This document shows, in pieces, positions 61,999 through 64,000 of a DNA stretch of 64,000 bases. The stretch lies in the NCBI GenBank assembly GCA_023415335.1, contig JAEZLD010000048.1, forward strand, positions 1 through 64,000, in the 5' to 3' direction. Within the stretch, counting starts at the first letter, position 1; the number at the start of each line of letters is the position of its first letter. Below the pieces are notes generated by a model. That model saw only the letters and a program-made list of their open reading frames with translations. It was not told where the DNA came from and did no database searches. This stretch comes from Bacillota bacterium. GTDB taxonomy: Bacteria; Bacillota; Clostridia; Clostridiales; Caloramatoraceae. Both the position numbers and the translations under genes were made by a program.

Positions 61999-64000
61999 TT
62001 ATATACCGTTATGCAAACCTTCTATTTTCTCAAATATAAATTTTAACTGTCCTATTACATCCCCACTACTGAACTTGGAGGACGGTCTTATCCTTATCTG
62101 AGGCTGAGCAGGGTTGGTATAGCTCATAATATTATAACCAAGCTGACTGTTCATATGCTTAATAACCTCAAAATCAAAGTACCTAGCATTGCCCAGTGTA
62201 AGCATTACATCCTTTCCAGACTGCTTTATGGAGGTTACCCCCATCCTGTTAGCCAATGCCTTTATATAAGAGATGTTTATAAGGTTCTCCAATGGCCTTG
62301 GCATATCACCAAACCTGTCAGTAGCCTCCTCCTCTATATCCATCTTTTCATCCATTGAGGATATGGAGGCAATTCTCTTATATAGCTCTATCTTCATGGT
62401 TTCATTTTCTATATAGCTCTCAGGTATATAGGCATTTACCTGAAGGTCTATGGAGGTTTCTACAAGCTGATCCTTTGTGTCTCCCTTTATTTCCTTTACA
62501 GCCTCCTCCAGCAGCCTGCAGTACATGTCATAGCCTACTGCAGCCATATGGCCATGCTGCTGTGTTCCCAAGAGGTTTCCAGCTCCTCTTATCTCCAGGT
62601 CCCTCATGGCAATCTTAAACCCGGAGCCAAACTCGGTAAAGTCCTTAATTGCCTTGAGCCTTTTTTCTGCCGTTTCAGAAAGAATTTTATCCTTTCTGTA
62701 GGTAAAATAGGCGTAAGCTAACCTGCTGGAGCGGCCAACCCTTCCTCTTAGCTGGTAGAGCTGGGATAAGCCCATCCTGTCAGCATCATATACAATAAGT
62801 GTATTTACGTTAGGAATGTCTATTCCAGTTTCAATTATGGTTGTACATAAAAGCACATCCCCTTCACCAGATATAAAATCCAGTATGGTAGCTTCCAGCT
62901 TTCTCTCGTCCATCTGCCCATGGGCCACAACTATCCTTGCATCAGGCACCAGCCTTGAGAGTGCTGTCTGCATCTCAAGTATGGTCTCCACCCTGTTGTA
63001 TACAAAAAACACCTGTCCACCTCTGGACATCTCCCTGGTTATAGAATCCCTTATCATGCCTTCATTATATTCCATAACATAGGTCTGTACAGGATATCTC
63101 TCCTCAGGAGGAGTTTCTATAAGGCTCATGTCCCTTACCCCTGTAAGGGACATATGAAGGGTTCTTGGAATAGGGGTAGCAGTTAAGGTAAGCACATCTA
63201 TGTTCTTTTTAATATCTTTTATTTTTTCCTTATGGGTAACACCAAATCTCTGCTCCTCATCTATAATAAGCAGCCCTAGATTCTTATATCTTATATCCTT
63301 CTGTAGCAGCCTATGGGTTCCTATTATAATATCCACATTGCCTGCAGCCACATCCAGCATGGTCTTCTTCTGGTCTTGAGGCTTCCTGAATCTGCTTATC
63401 ATATCCACCCTTACGGCAAACTCTGAGAATCTCTGCTTGAAGTTGTTATAGTGCTGTTCAGCCAGTATGGTGGTAGGCACAAGTATGGCTACCTGCTTGC
63501 CATCCATTACCGCCTTAAAGGCTGCTCTCATAGCTACCTCAGTTTTTCCATAGCCTACATCTCCACACAGCAGCCTATCCATGGGTTTTTCGCTTTCCAT
63601 GTCCTTTTTTATATCCTGTATTGAGGACAGCTGATCAGGAGTTTCATCATACGGGAACTCCTCCTCAAATTGCTTCTGCCAGGAGGTATCCTTTGAAAAG
63701 GCATGCCCCTTAAGAGTGCTTCGTTCTGCATATAAAGCCACCAGGTCCTGAGCCATCTCCCTTAAAGAGTCCTTTACCTTTTTCTTGACCTTGACCCAGT
63801 CATTGCCTCCCAGCTTATACAGCTTTGGAGGATTCTCCCCTCCTCCTATATACTTCTGTACCATATCCAGCTGTTCTACAGGAACGTACAGGTTGTCTGC
63901 TCCCTGGTACTGGAGCATAAGGTAATCCTTCTTGATTCCCTCAATCACAAGCTCCTTAATGCCCTTGAACATTCCTATTCCATGGTTTACGTGTACCACA
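61999..64000 (-). CDS. mfd: Transcription-repair coupling factor Mfd (C-terminal ~666 aa; the 5' part lies beyond the window end)
   Basis: It has the RecG-like helicase motifs 'GDVGYGKTEVA', 'DEEQRFGV' and the TRG motif region. The ORF is open to the window edge. Confidence 0.95.
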   Translation of the reverse strand, partial: VVHVNHGIGMFKGIKELVIEGIKKDYLMLQYQGADNLYVPVEQLDMVQKYIGGGENPPKLYKLGGNDWVKVKKKVKDSLREMAQDLVALYAERSTLKGHAFSKDTSWQKQFEEEFPYDETPDQLSSIQDIKKDMESEKPMDRLLCGDVGYGKTEVAMRAAFKAVMDGKQVAILVPTTILAEQHYNNFKQRFSEFAVRVDMISRFRKPQDQKKTMLDVAAGNVDIIIGTHRLLQKDIRYKNLGLLIIDEEQRFGVTHKEKIKDIKKNIDVLTLTATPIPRTLHMSLTGVRDMSLIETPPEERYPVQTYVMEYNEGMIRDSITREMSRGGQVFFVYNRVETILEMQTALSRLVPDARIVVAHGQMDERKLEATILDFISGEGDVLLCTTIIETGIDIPNVNTLIVYDADRMGLSQLYQLRGRVGRSSRLAYAYFTYRKDKILSETAEKRLKAIKDFTEFGSGFKIAMRDLEIRGAGNLLGTQQHGHMAAVGYDMYCRLLEEAVKEIKGDTKDQLVETSIDLQVNAYIPESYIENETMKIELYKRIASISSMDEKMDIEEEATDRFGDMPRPLENLINISYIKALANRMGVTSIKQSGKDVMLTLGNARYFDFEVIKHMNSQLGYNIMSYTNPAQPQIRIRPSSKFSSGDVIGQLKFIFEKIEGLHNGI

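Overview
This 64-kb window is a low-GC Firmicutes (Clostridia-like, spore-former) chromosomal segment, with almost all genes on the minus strand. The right half (~34.8-64 kb) is a conserved housekeeping and sporulation backbone: mfd(partial)-prsA-arcABC-spoVT-spoVB/yabM-mazG/yabN-hup-yabO-yabP-yabQ-divIC-yabR, then tRNA-Leu/fMet/Met, then spoIIE-tilS-hpt-ftsH, then a GNAT acetyltransferase, a NUDIX hydrolase, birA, coaX, dusB, an unnamed conserved gene, greA and lysS. The left half (~0.1-34.4 kb) is accessory and partly decayed. It holds a frameshifted tyrosine integrase, an SPFH protein, a tRNA-Tyr 3'-half remnant, two adjacent WYL-domain proteins, flavoproteins, a MATE-transporter fragment and an ABC-permease remnant. 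It also holds a deoBC + two-component + ABC-transporter cassette flanked by identical 35-nt hairpins, and a disrupted WYL regulator. The most notable feature is a tightly coupled ~14.5-kb minus-strand operon (19.8-34.4 kb). It runs XRE regulator, ~2050-aa zinc-ribbon/DUF4011/SF1-helicase/DUF559-nuclease protein (Hhe-like), Hanks Ser/Thr kinase, coiled-coil protein, zinc-ribbon-FHA protein, orphan NrdG-like radical-SAM activase, ClpB-D2-like AAA+ ATPase, PP2C phosphatase and a DUF4236 membrane protein. I interpret it as a candidate undescribed phospho-signalling defence island. A 218-bp tandem repeat with compensatory palindrome changes lies next to the tRNA cluster. No CRISPR array or rRNA gene is present.
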